Below, in pieces: positions 9,179 through 17,927 of a DNA stretch of 64,000 nucleotides. Position 1 is the stretch's first letter, and every line of letters begins with the position of its first letter. The notes beneath the pieces were generated by a model. The model was not told the origin of the DNA. It saw only the letters and a list, made by a program, of their open reading frames with translations, and did not search any database. This stretch comes from Dehalococcoidia bacterium (GTDB taxonomy: Bacteria; Chloroflexota; Dehalococcoidia; SHYB01). The position numbers were made by a program, and so were the translations under genes. The stretch covers positions 1,059,533 to 1,123,532 of the forward strand of contig OZ242299.1 of the NCBI GenBank assembly GCA_965207995.1, written 5' to 3'.

Positions 9179-9372
9179 CGGAAGGCCCCTCCCAGAAGTG
9201 GGGTCACTCTAGCATCGGCCCCAGGGAGCGTCAAACAAGGGGGCGTGGGGCGCCGTTTTTGGTAGGGCGGTGGAGTGAGCGGACGCCGTAGTATCATCGT
9301 TCCCAGCGCAGATCACAGGTTCGGGGGCTGTGGGCCAATGGTGCGGCAGCCTCAGAAGGCAGCAACACAGGC

Positions 9373-9513
9373 ATGGACTACACAGGCTTTCTAGAGACGC
9401 TCGAAATCATGCGCGACCCCGACCTCATGGAGTCGTTCCGGCGCGCGGTGAAGCAGTTCGAGGCCGGGGAGGGCCGGGACTTCGAGGAGTTCGCCGCCGA
9501 ACTCGGAATCTAA
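9373..9513 (+). pseudogene. orphan C-terminal fragment of a Phd/YefM-type antitoxin (46 codons)
   Basis: MDYTGFLETLEIMRDPDLMESFRRAVKQFEAGEGRDFEEFAAELGI resembles the C-terminal half of Phd/YefM antitoxins. There is no N-terminal half in any frame upstream (in-frame stop at 9289) and no toxin gene downstream. Confidence 0.45.
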
Positions 9514-9532
9514 GCGAGCTCCAGCGCCCGCG

Positions 9533-10339
9533 CTACTCGCCGGTGAAGTGGGGTTCGCGCTTGGCGAGGTAGGCGGCGAGGGCTTCCTTGTGGTCCTTGG
9601 TGGTGAGGGTGAAGGCTTCGGCGTAGGCCGAGCCGACGAGGTGCTCGTCGAGGTCTTGCTTGAGCCCCTTGTAGACCATCTCCTTGACGAGGCGGTTGGG
9701 CACCGGCGGCTTGGCGGCGATCTTGCTGGCCAGCGCCATCGTCTCCTCCTCCAGCTTCTCCGCCGGCACGAGCTTGTTGAGCACGCCCAGCTCGCGGGCC
9801 TCCTCGGCGCCGAGCCAGTCGCCGGTGTAGAGCAGCTCCAGCGCCTTGCCGACCCCGAGCGCCCGCGGGTAGAACCACGTCGCTCCGGTGTTGGAGACGA
9901 GCGCCATCTGGAGGAACGCGTTCATGAAGCGGGCCTTCTCGCTCCCGATGCGGAGGTCGCAGGCCAGCGCCCAGTCGAAGCCGTCGGCGACGGCGAAGCC
10001 ATTGACCATCGCGATCGTGGGCATGGGCATGTTCTGCAGGCCGAGCGTCACCTGCTGCGGGTAGTCCCGGATGTAGGTCAGGATCTCGAGCTCCGTCAGG
10101 TCGCCCAAGAGCCGGTCGGTCGTGCCCCGCTCCTCTTTGATGTCGGTGGCCGCGGTGAAGGCGCGGCCCGCGCCGGTGAGAATGAAGACCCGCACGTCCC
10201 GGTCCTCAGAGACGGCGCGCAAGGCGTGCGTCATCTCCTTGAACATCTGCTCGTTGATCGCGTTGAGAACGTCGGGGCGGTTGAGCGTCAGCTTCGCGAT
10301 GTGGTCCTTCTTCTCAAGGATGATGGTCGTGTAGTCCAT
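9533..10339 (-). CDS. crotonase-fold (enoyl-CoA hydratase/isomerase family) protein, paralog 1
   Basis: IAKLTLNRPDVLNAI...VFILTGAGRAFTAATD...PTIAMVNGFAVADGFDWALACDLRI. Confidence 0.85.
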   Translation of the reverse strand: MDYTTIILEKKDHIAKLTLNRPDVLNAINEQMFKEMTHALRAVSEDRDVRVFILTGAGRAFTAATDIKEERGTTDRLLGDLTELEILTYIRDYPQQVTLGLQNMPMPTIAMVNGFAVADGFDWALACDLRIGSEKARFMNAFLQMALVSNTGATWFYPRALGVGKALELLYTGDWLGAEEARELGVLNKLVPAEKLEEETMALASKIAAKPPVPNRLVKEMVYKGLKQDLDEHLVGSAYAEAFTLTTKDHKEALAAYLAKREPHFTGE

Positions 10340-10374
10340 GGATGCTCCCTAGTGGAACGGCTTGGCGCCGCGGA

Positions 10375-11565
10375 TCAAACGACGGCGACGGCGACGACCT
10401 GGAAGACCTGCTCCGGCCGCGCGTTCTGGTGGATGGTGAGCCCGGTCGCGGCGGGAAAGGCGTCGCCGAAGACGTCGCGGCGGACGGCGGCCAGACCCCG
10501 CACCTCGTTCTGCGCCGTCGGCGGCGTGCACTCCAGGGTGTACATGATATCGTCCACCCCGACGCCGGCCTCGGCGCAGATCGCGGCCACGTTGCGGTAG
10601 GCCTGGCGCGCCTGCTCGACGAGGTCGTACTTGTACACCTGGCTCTCGCCCGTCGTGTGGTCGATCGACGCCTGGCCGGAGATGTAGAGCAGGTTCCCCT
10701 TCTTGACCGCGGGCGCCGCCGTCATCTCGCGCCAGGAATCCTCCCAGCCGGACGGCACGATCTGCTCACGGCCGCCGCCGATAATCGCGGTGGCCTCGAT
10801 TTCGAGATGGCCGTGGGGCGAGAGCATGCGGTGGAAGTGCACGCTGCTGGAGGCCGGATAGGTTCCGCCGAAGCGCTGCTCGCGCAGCTTCCTCACCTCG
10901 GGATAGGTGACGGTAGCCTGCGGGTCCACGTAGTTCATCGTGTTGACCACGTCGCCGAACGAGGCGCCGGCGGCGGTAAGCACCTTCTCCATGCGGTCGT
11001 AGCACCACTCGGCCTGCGCGACGGTGTCGTTCGGCTCCAGCGTGATGACGCCCGTGACCCAGACCTTGTTGTCGACCTTGACCGCCGGCGCGTAGGTCAG
11101 ATCCTTGAAGCGCTCGAACTCGGGGCCGGGCGGGATGATGGCTTCCTTCTTTCCCTTGACCGCAATGGCGTTGATCTCGATGAGCGCGTCGGGCCGCAGT
11201 AGGCTATGCACCAACACCCCCGTCGAGGCCACGGGACTCTTGCCCATGTACTGCTCGCGGACGGCCGCGGTGCCGCGAAACTTGCCGAGACCGGGCGGCG
11301 CGATGTAGTCGGTCGTACGCACGATGTTGTCGTAGGTCATCCCCGCCGCTTCGAGCACGACCCCGATCTTCTCCCACGCCACCTTCGACTGCTCAACGAT
11401 GTCGCCCTCACAAAGGACGCGCCGCTTCTCCTCGTTGTAGCTGCTCGCAGTGTGGCCGGAGACGTAGACGACCCCGTCCTTCTCCGTTCCCAACGAGAAC
11501 GTGTAGCGGCGAAGGTCCAGCCAGGGGAACTTGTCGGGGTCGACCGGGATGACGTTTCTGGCCAT
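10375..11565 (-). CDS. triple-tandem RidA/YjgF/TdcF-family domain protein
   Basis: 396 aa split into three ~125-135 aa RidA-like units: ..VYVSGHTA..IEINAIAV / ..VWVTGVI..LEIEATAI / ..LYISGQAS..VFQVVAVAV. Confidence 0.8.
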   Translation of the reverse strand: MARNVIPVDPDKFPWLDLRRYTFSLGTEKDGVVYVSGHTASSYNEEKRRVLCEGDIVEQSKVAWEKIGVVLEAAGMTYDNIVRTTDYIAPPGLGKFRGTAAVREQYMGKSPVASTGVLVHSLLRPDALIEINAIAVKGKKEAIIPPGPEFERFKDLTYAPAVKVDNKVWVTGVITLEPNDTVAQAEWCYDRMEKVLTAAGASFGDVVNTMNYVDPQATVTYPEVRKLREQRFGGTYPASSSVHFHRMLSPHGHLEIEATAIIGGGREQIVPSGWEDSWREMTAAPAVKKGNLLYISGQASIDHTTGESQVYKYDLVEQARQAYRNVAAICAEAGVGVDDIMYTLECTPPTAQNEVRGLAAVRRDVFGDAFPAATGLTIHQNARPEQVFQVVAVAVV

Positions 11566-11640
11566 GGTGGGCGGCTCCTACGAAAGGGATCGGGGCGCGG
11601 AGTAGTCTACCGCACCGCTCAACGTGTCCGAAGCCGGCGG

Positions 11641-13053
11641 CTATTCCAGCGGCGGACGCCGCGTATGCCAACCGGCGGCCTGCTCGTAGGCGAATGCCAA
11701 GTTGAGGACACCGGCATCGTCGAAGGCACGACCGGCGATCTGCAGCCCCACCGGCAGCCCCTCGGAGAACCCGCAGGGAACGGTGGCCGCGGGCAGGCCG
11801 TTCGAGTTGAAGAGCCGGGTGATGCGAGAGAGGAGCATCCGCGAGGGAAACTCCTGGCCGCCCAGCGTCACCACGGGCGCGGCGTACGAGGGCGCGGTGA
11901 CGGGGCAGGTCGGGGTCATAAGGAAGTCGACGCGCTCCAAGACCCGCGCGATTTCGCGGTTCAGTGAGGCCCTCAGCTGGTTGGCCTTCGAGTAGTCCGC
12001 CGCCGTCACGAACAGCCCCGACTCGATGTGTATCCGCGTCACCGGATCGTAGTCGGCGCCCCGACTCAATACCGTCTCCCGATGAACCGCCGCCGCGTCG
12101 GCGGGGATGATCGTGCTCATCACCAAGCCATAGTCCTCCAGGCGCGGCACCGAGACCTCCTCGACCTCCACCCCCAGGCCTGCCACCTGCTCCAACGCGG
12201 CCCGCGTCAGGCGCTCCACCTCCGGCTCGATCAGGTCCCACACGTACTCGCGCAGCACCCCGACGCGGAGTCCGCGCACCTCACCCGTCAGACATTCCTC
12301 GTAGTTGGGGACGGGTGCGTCGGCCGAGGTCGAATCGAGCGGGTCGTGGCCAGCGATGGCCTGCAGCGTCGCCGCCGCGCCCTCGACGGTGCGGGCGAGC
12401 GGCCCGGCGTGGTCGAGCGACCATGAAAGCGGCGTCATGCCCCGGCGGCTCACCAGCCCGTAGGTGGGCTTCAGCCCGGCGAGGCCGCAGAGCGACGCCG
12501 GCACCCGAATCGAGCCGCCCGTGTCGCTGCCGAGGGAGGCGGCGCACTCGCCCGCCGCGACGCTCGCCGCCGACCCCGTGCTCGAGCCGCCGGGCATCCG
12601 CGAGAGGTCCCACGCATTGTGGACGTCGCCGTAGTGGGCGTTGCGGCCCTGTTCCCCGAAGGCGAACTCGGTCATCATCAGCTTGCCGATGATGATCGCG
12701 CCCGAGGCCTTCAGCCCCTCGACGACTGCGCTGTCGGCGGCGGGGACGCGGTCGGCGTCGATCTTGGAGCCGGAGGTGGTGCGGATGCCGGCGGTGTCGT
12801 AGAGGTCTTTGACCCCGACCGGGATGCCGTGCATCGTCCCGCGATACTCGCCGCGCGCCATCTCCGCCTCGGCCTGCTCCGCTGCTTGCTTCGCCTCGTC
12901 GCGCGCAACGGTGATGAACGCATTGACCTCGGGTTCGACCCGCTCGATGCGGTCCAGGAACGCGCCGACGACCTCGACGGGTGAGACCTGCCGCGAGCGC
13001 AGCAGCGCGCTCAGCTCGGGAATCGTACGGAGGCAGAGGTCGCCCACGCTCAT
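11641..13053 (-). CDS. amidase (amidase-signature family)
   Basis: GIPVGVKDLYDTAGIRTTSGSKI and GGSSTGSAASVAAGECAASLGSDTGGSIRVPASLCG contain the Ser-cisSer-Lys signature region. Confidence 0.9.
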   Translation of the reverse strand: MSVGDLCLRTIPELSALLRSRQVSPVEVVGAFLDRIERVEPEVNAFITVARDEAKQAAEQAEAEMARGEYRGTMHGIPVGVKDLYDTAGIRTTSGSKIDADRVPAADSAVVEGLKASGAIIIGKLMMTEFAFGEQGRNAHYGDVHNAWDLSRMPGGSSTGSAASVAAGECAASLGSDTGGSIRVPASLCGLAGLKPTYGLVSRRGMTPLSWSLDHAGPLARTVEGAAATLQAIAGHDPLDSTSADAPVPNYEECLTGEVRGLRVGVLREYVWDLIEPEVERLTRAALEQVAGLGVEVEEVSVPRLEDYGLVMSTIIPADAAAVHRETVLSRGADYDPVTRIHIESGLFVTAADYSKANQLRASLNREIARVLERVDFLMTPTCPVTAPSYAAPVVTLGGQEFPSRMLLSRITRLFNSNGLPAATVPCGFSEGLPVGLQIAGRAFDDAGVLNLAFAYEQAAGWHTRRPPLE

Positions 13054-13244
13054 CGCGTCGGCCCCGGCCGGAACACCAGCACCGGCTCTTCGCCGACGAC
13101 CTCGGCGGCCCGGAGCTTGTCCAACACCTCCCGCAGCGCCACGACGCTCGGGTAGAGGTCGGCGAGGTGATGATCGTCGGCGGTCAGGCCGGCGTCGGCG
13201 GCCAGCGCTCTGAAGTCTTCCAAAGTCAACTCGTCAGGGGGCAT
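13050..13244 (-). CDS. small (64 aa) amidase-associated protein, AtzG/GatC-like (DUF4089-like)
   Basis: ATG 13244 within track ORF 13050..13418. Its TGA overlaps the amidase ATG (ATGA), implying translational coupling. The C-terminus ...EEPVLVFRP resembles the AtzG-type ending as I recall it. Confidence 0.55.
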   Translation of the reverse strand: MPPDELTLEDFRALAADAGLTADDHHLADLYPSVVALREVLDKLRAAEVVGEEPVLVFRPGPTR

Positions 13245-13305
13245 CTCATCCTCCGCGGGTCGTGACGCTGCTATAGTAGCGTCTACCCTCCCCTTCGGCC
13301 CAATC

Positions 13306-14577
13306 ATGTCACGACCTCTCGCGGAACTGTTACGAGGCGTCCGGGTGATAGACCTGTCGCGAGGTCTCGCCGGCCCAAGCTGCACCAGGCTCATGGCCGA
13401 CCTGGGCGCCGAGGTCATTAAGGTCGAGCCTCCCGGCGGCGATCACACCCGTTCCTTCCAGCACCAGCGCGAGGGCCGCAGCGGTTACTTCATCCAGCAG
13501 AACGCCGGCAAGCGGGACATCTCCCTCGACCTCCGCACCGCCGAGGGCAAGGCCGTGCTCGACGAGCTGGTGTCGATCGGGGACGTCGTCGTCGAGAACT
13601 TCCGCCCCGGCGTCATGGCCAACCTGGGCTATGGATATGAGGACCTGCGGCGGCTCAACCCGTCCGTGGTCCTCTGCTCCATCTCGGCCTTCGGCCAGTA
13701 CGGGCCGTACTCCGAGCGGCGCGGCGGCGACTACAACATCCAGGCCCTCAGCGGCATGATGTGGATCAACGGCGACCCCGACGGCCCGCCCATGTGGACG
13801 GGCAACGCCTACTGCGACACAACCACCGGACTGCACGCCTACGGGGCCGCGGTCTCCGCGCTCTACAACCGGCTCCTGACCGGCCGCGGCGAGCACGTCG
13901 ACGTCGCGCTCATGGACTGCGCTATCTGGCAGCAGGAAATCACCTTCCAGGAGTACCTCCTCAGCGACGGCGCTATCGAGCCGACCCGGTCGGGCAGCGG
14001 CCGCACCGACAACGCCCCCGTGAACGTCTACCGCGGCAGGGACGGCTACATGGTCCTCGCCGCCATGAGCGACCCCGCTTGGACCTTGCTCACGGCGACC
14101 ATGGGCATGCCTGAGCTCGAGCACGACGAGCGGTTCGCTACCCGCTGGGACCGCGTCGAACGCATGCGGGAGCTCGACCGCATTATCGAAGGCTGGGTGT
14201 CGAGCTTCGACTCCGTCCAGGACGTCATCGACCTGCTGCTGTCGAAGGGGCTGATCTGCGGCAAGGTCCGCGACATTCCCGAGGTCGTCGCCGACCCCAA
14301 CACCGACGCCCGCGGCATGCTCATGGACATCGACGATCCCGTCATCGAAGCACCGGTCCGCGTCATGAACTCGCCGATGCGCTTCCACGCATCCACCGCA
14401 CGGCCGCGCGGCCCTGCGCCACTGTTGGGGCAGGACTGGGACGAGGTCTTATGCGGCCTCTTGGGAAGGAGCCGCGACGACGCACTGGCGCTAATCGGCA
14501 ACGGCGCGGCGCTCGTCGAGGACCGGGCGCTGCGTCCAATGCTGGCGCGCCTTGATGCCGACGCGGCCACGTCCTGA
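13306..14577 (+). CDS. family III CoA-transferase, paralog 3
   Basis: LRGVRVIDLSRGLAGPSCTRLMADLGAEVIKVEPPGGDHTRS. Asp-type segment YCDTTTGLHAYGAAVSAL. Confidence 0.88.
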   Translation: MSRPLAELLRGVRVIDLSRGLAGPSCTRLMADLGAEVIKVEPPGGDHTRSFQHQREGRSGYFIQQNAGKRDISLDLRTAEGKAVLDELVSIGDVVVENFRPGVMANLGYGYEDLRRLNPSVVLCSISAFGQYGPYSERRGGDYNIQALSGMMWINGDPDGPPMWTGNAYCDTTTGLHAYGAAVSALYNRLLTGRGEHVDVALMDCAIWQQEITFQEYLLSDGAIEPTRSGSGRTDNAPVNVYRGRDGYMVLAAMSDPAWTLLTATMGMPELEHDERFATRWDRVERMRELDRIIEGWVSSFDSVQDVIDLLLSKGLICGKVRDIPEVVADPNTDARGMLMDIDDPVIEAPVRVMNSPMRFHASTARPRGPAPLLGQDWDEVLCGLLGRSRDDALALIGNGAALVEDRALRPMLARLDADAATS

Positions 14578-14581
14578 CCCC

Positions 14582-15850
14582 ATGCGCGAGTCTGCGGAGA
14601 ACGGCAGCGACGGCATGACCACGAGCGGCACACTGCCCCCCTTGGCGGGCCTCCGCGTAGTGGAGTTTGCCGAGCAGATCTCCGCGCCCTTCTGCGGCAA
14701 GCTCCTCGCCGGGCTTGGCGCCGACGTCATCAAGGTGGAGCCGCTCGTCGGCGACCCGCTGCGCGACTACGGACCATTCCTGGACGACCTGCCCCATTCG
14801 GAACGGGGCGGGCTCTTCCACTACCTCAACGGCGGGAAGCGAAGCGTCACCCTCGACCTCGCACCCCGCTCTGGCGAACGGCTGGCTCTCGAGCTCGCGC
14901 GGTGGGCCGACGTCGTCGTCACCGACGGCTCCCTGCCGGCGGCCCTGCGCGACTTGCTGGCCGAGGAGGCGGCGCGCGACCCCGCCCTCATCTGGACGCA
15001 GGTCAGCGTCTTCGGCAACGACGGCCCCCATGCCTCGTTCGTGGGCGGCACGCTGCAAGCGGCCGCCGGCTCCGTTGCCTACCACCTCGGCGACCCCGAC
15101 CGGGCGCCGCTCATGTCACCGGCGCGCGAGGCCGAGTATTGGGGCGGTCTCCAGGGCTGCGCCGCGACGCTCGCCGCCGTCCACAGCCGGGAGCGGGACG
15201 GGGCAGGCCAGGGCGTCGAAATCTCGTCGCTCGAAGCGATCTCCACGCTCGTCGGCGCGCACCGCGACCTCCGCGCGGTACGTTTCGGCGGCGCCATCAC
15301 CGTCGGATTCGGCGGCGACACGCCGCGCCAGGGCTATCACGGCTGGCTGCTGCCCTGGGTCACACTCCCCTGCAAGGACGGCTACGTCACCATCATCTCG
15401 TCCTCGGTCCGTCACTGGCAGCGCTATCTCGACGAGATGGAGGGGCAGGACTGGACGAGCGACCCACGCATCTACAACCTCGACCGGCCCTACATTGAGG
15501 AAGACCTCGGCTTCGACACCCTCGACGCCCTGCAGATGCAGTGGCTTGAAACCAAGACCAAGGCGGAGCTCTTCGAACTCTTCGGACGCCTGCCCGTCCC
15601 GTTCCAGCCGGTGCAGACCATCGCCGAAGTGTTGGATTCGGATCACATGCGGCATCGGAAGTCCCTGGCGCCGGTGAGCTATCCGGGCGGCGAGGCCTAC
15701 GCACCGGGCCTACCGTTCCGCCTTCCCGCCTGCGTCCTGAACCCGGCTCCGGCGCCGCGATTGGGGGCGGACAACCGGCGGGTCTATTGCGAGATGCTTG
15801 GGCTCAAACCCAATGATCTCGTCGCGCTCAGCAGGGCGGGGATCATATGA
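14582..15850 (+). CDS. family III CoA-transferase, paralog 4 (Glu/Tyr instead of Asp at the catalytic position)
   Basis: ATG 14582 lies just after the paralog-3 stop. LAGLRVVEFAEQISAPFCGKLLAGLGADVIKVEP. Active-site-equivalent segment AEYWGGLQGCAATLAAV. Confidence 0.85.
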   Translation: MRESAENGSDGMTTSGTLPPLAGLRVVEFAEQISAPFCGKLLAGLGADVIKVEPLVGDPLRDYGPFLDDLPHSERGGLFHYLNGGKRSVTLDLAPRSGERLALELARWADVVVTDGSLPAALRDLLAEEAARDPALIWTQVSVFGNDGPHASFVGGTLQAAAGSVAYHLGDPDRAPLMSPAREAEYWGGLQGCAATLAAVHSRERDGAGQGVEISSLEAISTLVGAHRDLRAVRFGGAITVGFGGDTPRQGYHGWLLPWVTLPCKDGYVTIISSSVRHWQRYLDEMEGQDWTSDPRIYNLDRPYIEEDLGFDTLDALQMQWLETKTKAELFELFGRLPVPFQPVQTIAEVLDSDHMRHRKSLAPVSYPGGEAYAPGLPFRLPACVLNPAPAPRLGADNRRVYCEMLGLKPNDLVALSRAGII

Positions 15851-17049
15851 GGACCGCCGCGCTGGAGGGCCTGCGGGTGCTCGACCTCGGCCAGATCTGG
15901 GCGGGGCCGCTCTGCGTCCACATGCTCGGCGACATGGGCGCAGAGATCGTCCGCGTCGAGACGCGGGGGCGCGCCGTCGTGTCGGGCCGTCCGGAGTTCG
16001 GCCCCGACGACCCCCCCGAGCACGCCGCGTCCTACTACCTGCGCAACCGCATCTGCCTCAGCGCCGACCTGTCCCATCAAGCAGGCATCGACCTCGTCCG
16101 CGAGCTCGCCCGGATCGTCGACGTCGTGGTGGAGAACTTCGCTCCCCGGACGCTTCCAGGCCTGGGATTGGGCTACGACACCCTCCGCCGGCTCAACCCT
16201 GCGCTGATCATGCTCTCCCTCCCCGCCGCAGGCCTGGACGGCCCCTGGCGCGACCGGCTGACGCAGGGGCCGTCGCTCTCCGCCCTCTACGGCCGCGCCA
16301 GCCTGATCGGCTATCCGGGAGAGGCCTGGCCCCGCGCCGACACCGCCGAGGGCGACCCCTTGGGAGCGTCCTTCGGCTTCATCGCCGTCATGGCCGCGTT
16401 GGCGCACCGCGACAAGACCGGCGAGGGGCAGCAGATCGACCTCGCGCAGGGCGAGGCGCTGCTGGCCGTCGATGCCGAGGCCGTGCTCGAATACTCGATG
16501 AACGGCCGGACGATGGGCTTCCGGGGCAACCGCTCCCCCACCACCGCGCCTCACGGCATCTATCCCTGCGCCGGCGACGACCACTGGATCGCCATCTCCG
16601 CCGAAGGCGAAGGCCAGTATCAGGCGTTGTTGGGGTGCATGGGCCCGGCGGGGGCCTCCCTCCGCCGCTACCGAGACGCCTTCCAGCGCCTCCGCGCCTA
16701 CGAGGAGATCGACGCCGCGGTGGCGGCCTGGACTGTTGGCTTCGACCGCTGGCAGCTTACCTACCGGCTGCAAGCCGCCGGCGTGCCCGCCTATCCCGTC
16801 CTCGACGCCCGCGGCCAGCTCGACGATCCGCACCTTCAGTACCGCCGTCCGCTCGCCGTCGAGTCCGACGTGCCCATGGACGTCGGCAACGTGGCATACA
16901 CGAATCCATGGAAGCTCGAACGGACGCCGGCGCGAATTCGCCGCACCGTGGCGAACATCGGGGCCGACAACGACTTCGTCCTCCGCGACCTGCTCGGCAA
17001 GAGCGCGGCGCGGATCGAAAAATTGACGAGAGACGAAGTCCTCGTCTAG
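15847..17049 (+). CDS. family III CoA-transferase, paralog 5
   Basis: ATGA overlap with paralog 4. LEGLRVLDLGQIWAGPLCVHMLGDMGAEIVRVE. Asp-type segment EGDPLGASFGFIAVMAAL. Confidence 0.88.
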   Translation: MRTAALEGLRVLDLGQIWAGPLCVHMLGDMGAEIVRVETRGRAVVSGRPEFGPDDPPEHAASYYLRNRICLSADLSHQAGIDLVRELARIVDVVVENFAPRTLPGLGLGYDTLRRLNPALIMLSLPAAGLDGPWRDRLTQGPSLSALYGRASLIGYPGEAWPRADTAEGDPLGASFGFIAVMAALAHRDKTGEGQQIDLAQGEALLAVDAEAVLEYSMNGRTMGFRGNRSPTTAPHGIYPCAGDDHWIAISAEGEGQYQALLGCMGPAGASLRRYRDAFQRLRAYEEIDAAVAAWTVGFDRWQLTYRLQAAGVPAYPVLDARGQLDDPHLQYRRPLAVESDVPMDVGNVAYTNPWKLERTPARIRRTVANIGADNDFVLRDLLGKSAARIEKLTRDEVLV

Positions 17050-17081
17050 CGTGGCCCCGCTTGGAGTGAGGAGGAAGGTCC

Positions 17082-17921
17082 ATGTCCTACGAACACATCC
17101 TGTACGAGGTCGACGACGCGGTCGCGGTCATCACGCTCAACCGTCCTGAACTGCTCAACGCCCAGAATGAGGCGCTTAAGGAAGACGTCGACCGCGCCCT
17201 GCGGGCGGCCGACGAGGACGACGACGTCCGCGTCGTCATCCTCAAAGGCGCCGGCCGCGCCTTCTCCGCCGGCCACGACATGAAGCAGTTGCCGCGGGAC
17301 CCCACCGCGTTCGGCGCCGACGATCCCCGCAAGTGGTTCGAGGGCGACACTGAGAAGGTGTCCGAGTTCGTCCGCAAGATCCTGCGGCTCTTCCTCAACA
17401 TCCACTACGCCAAGAAGCCGAACATCGCCCAGGTGCACGGGCACGTGATCGCCGGCGGCTGGGCGATGGCCGCGATGTGCGACCTCATCGTCGCCGCCGA
17501 CGACACCATGATCGCCGACCCCGTCGTGCGCATGGGCTCCTCGGCGGTGGAGGTACTCATGGAGCCGTGGGACCTCGGCGTGCGGAAGGCCAAGGAAGTG
17601 CTGTGGCTCGGCGATCCGATAACGGCTGAGGAGGCGTGGCGGCTCGGCGCGGTGAACAGGGTCGTCCCCCGCGACCAGCTCGACGAGGAGACGATGCGGC
17701 TGGCCCGGAAGATCGCGCTGACGCCGCCGGCCACCCTACAAGCCACGAAACGCTCCATCAACCGCATGCTCGACGGCATGGGCTGGCGCTCCAGCCACGA
17801 GGAGCACACCGAGGTGTGGATCGCCAATCACTTCGGCGACGAGCACAAGCGGCTGCACCGCGAGCGCGAGGACCTGGGACTCCGTGAGTTCATCCGCCGG
17901 CGCGACGAGCCGTACAGGTAG
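17082..17921 (+). CDS. crotonase-fold protein, paralog 2
   Basis: VAVITLNRPELLNAQN...VVILKGAGRAFSAGHD...IAQVHGHVIAGGWAMAAMCDLIVAA. Confidence 0.85.
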   Translation: MSYEHILYEVDDAVAVITLNRPELLNAQNEALKEDVDRALRAADEDDDVRVVILKGAGRAFSAGHDMKQLPRDPTAFGADDPRKWFEGDTEKVSEFVRKILRLFLNIHYAKKPNIAQVHGHVIAGGWAMAAMCDLIVAADDTMIADPVVRMGSSAVEVLMEPWDLGVRKAKEVLWLGDPITAEEAWRLGAVNRVVPRDQLDEETMRLARKIALTPPATLQATKRSINRMLDGMGWRSSHEEHTEVWIANHFGDEHKRLHREREDLGLREFIRRRDEPYR

Positions 17922-17927
17922 GAAGCC

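Noticed and set aside
11641-13244. gatC-gatA (Glu/Asp-tRNA amidotransferase)
   Set aside because: There is no gatB. The amidase has a generic ..TTSGSK.. segment rather than the GatA pattern I recall. The genes sit in a catabolic operon with RidA and crotonase. The small protein looks more like the AtzG-type vestigial GatC.
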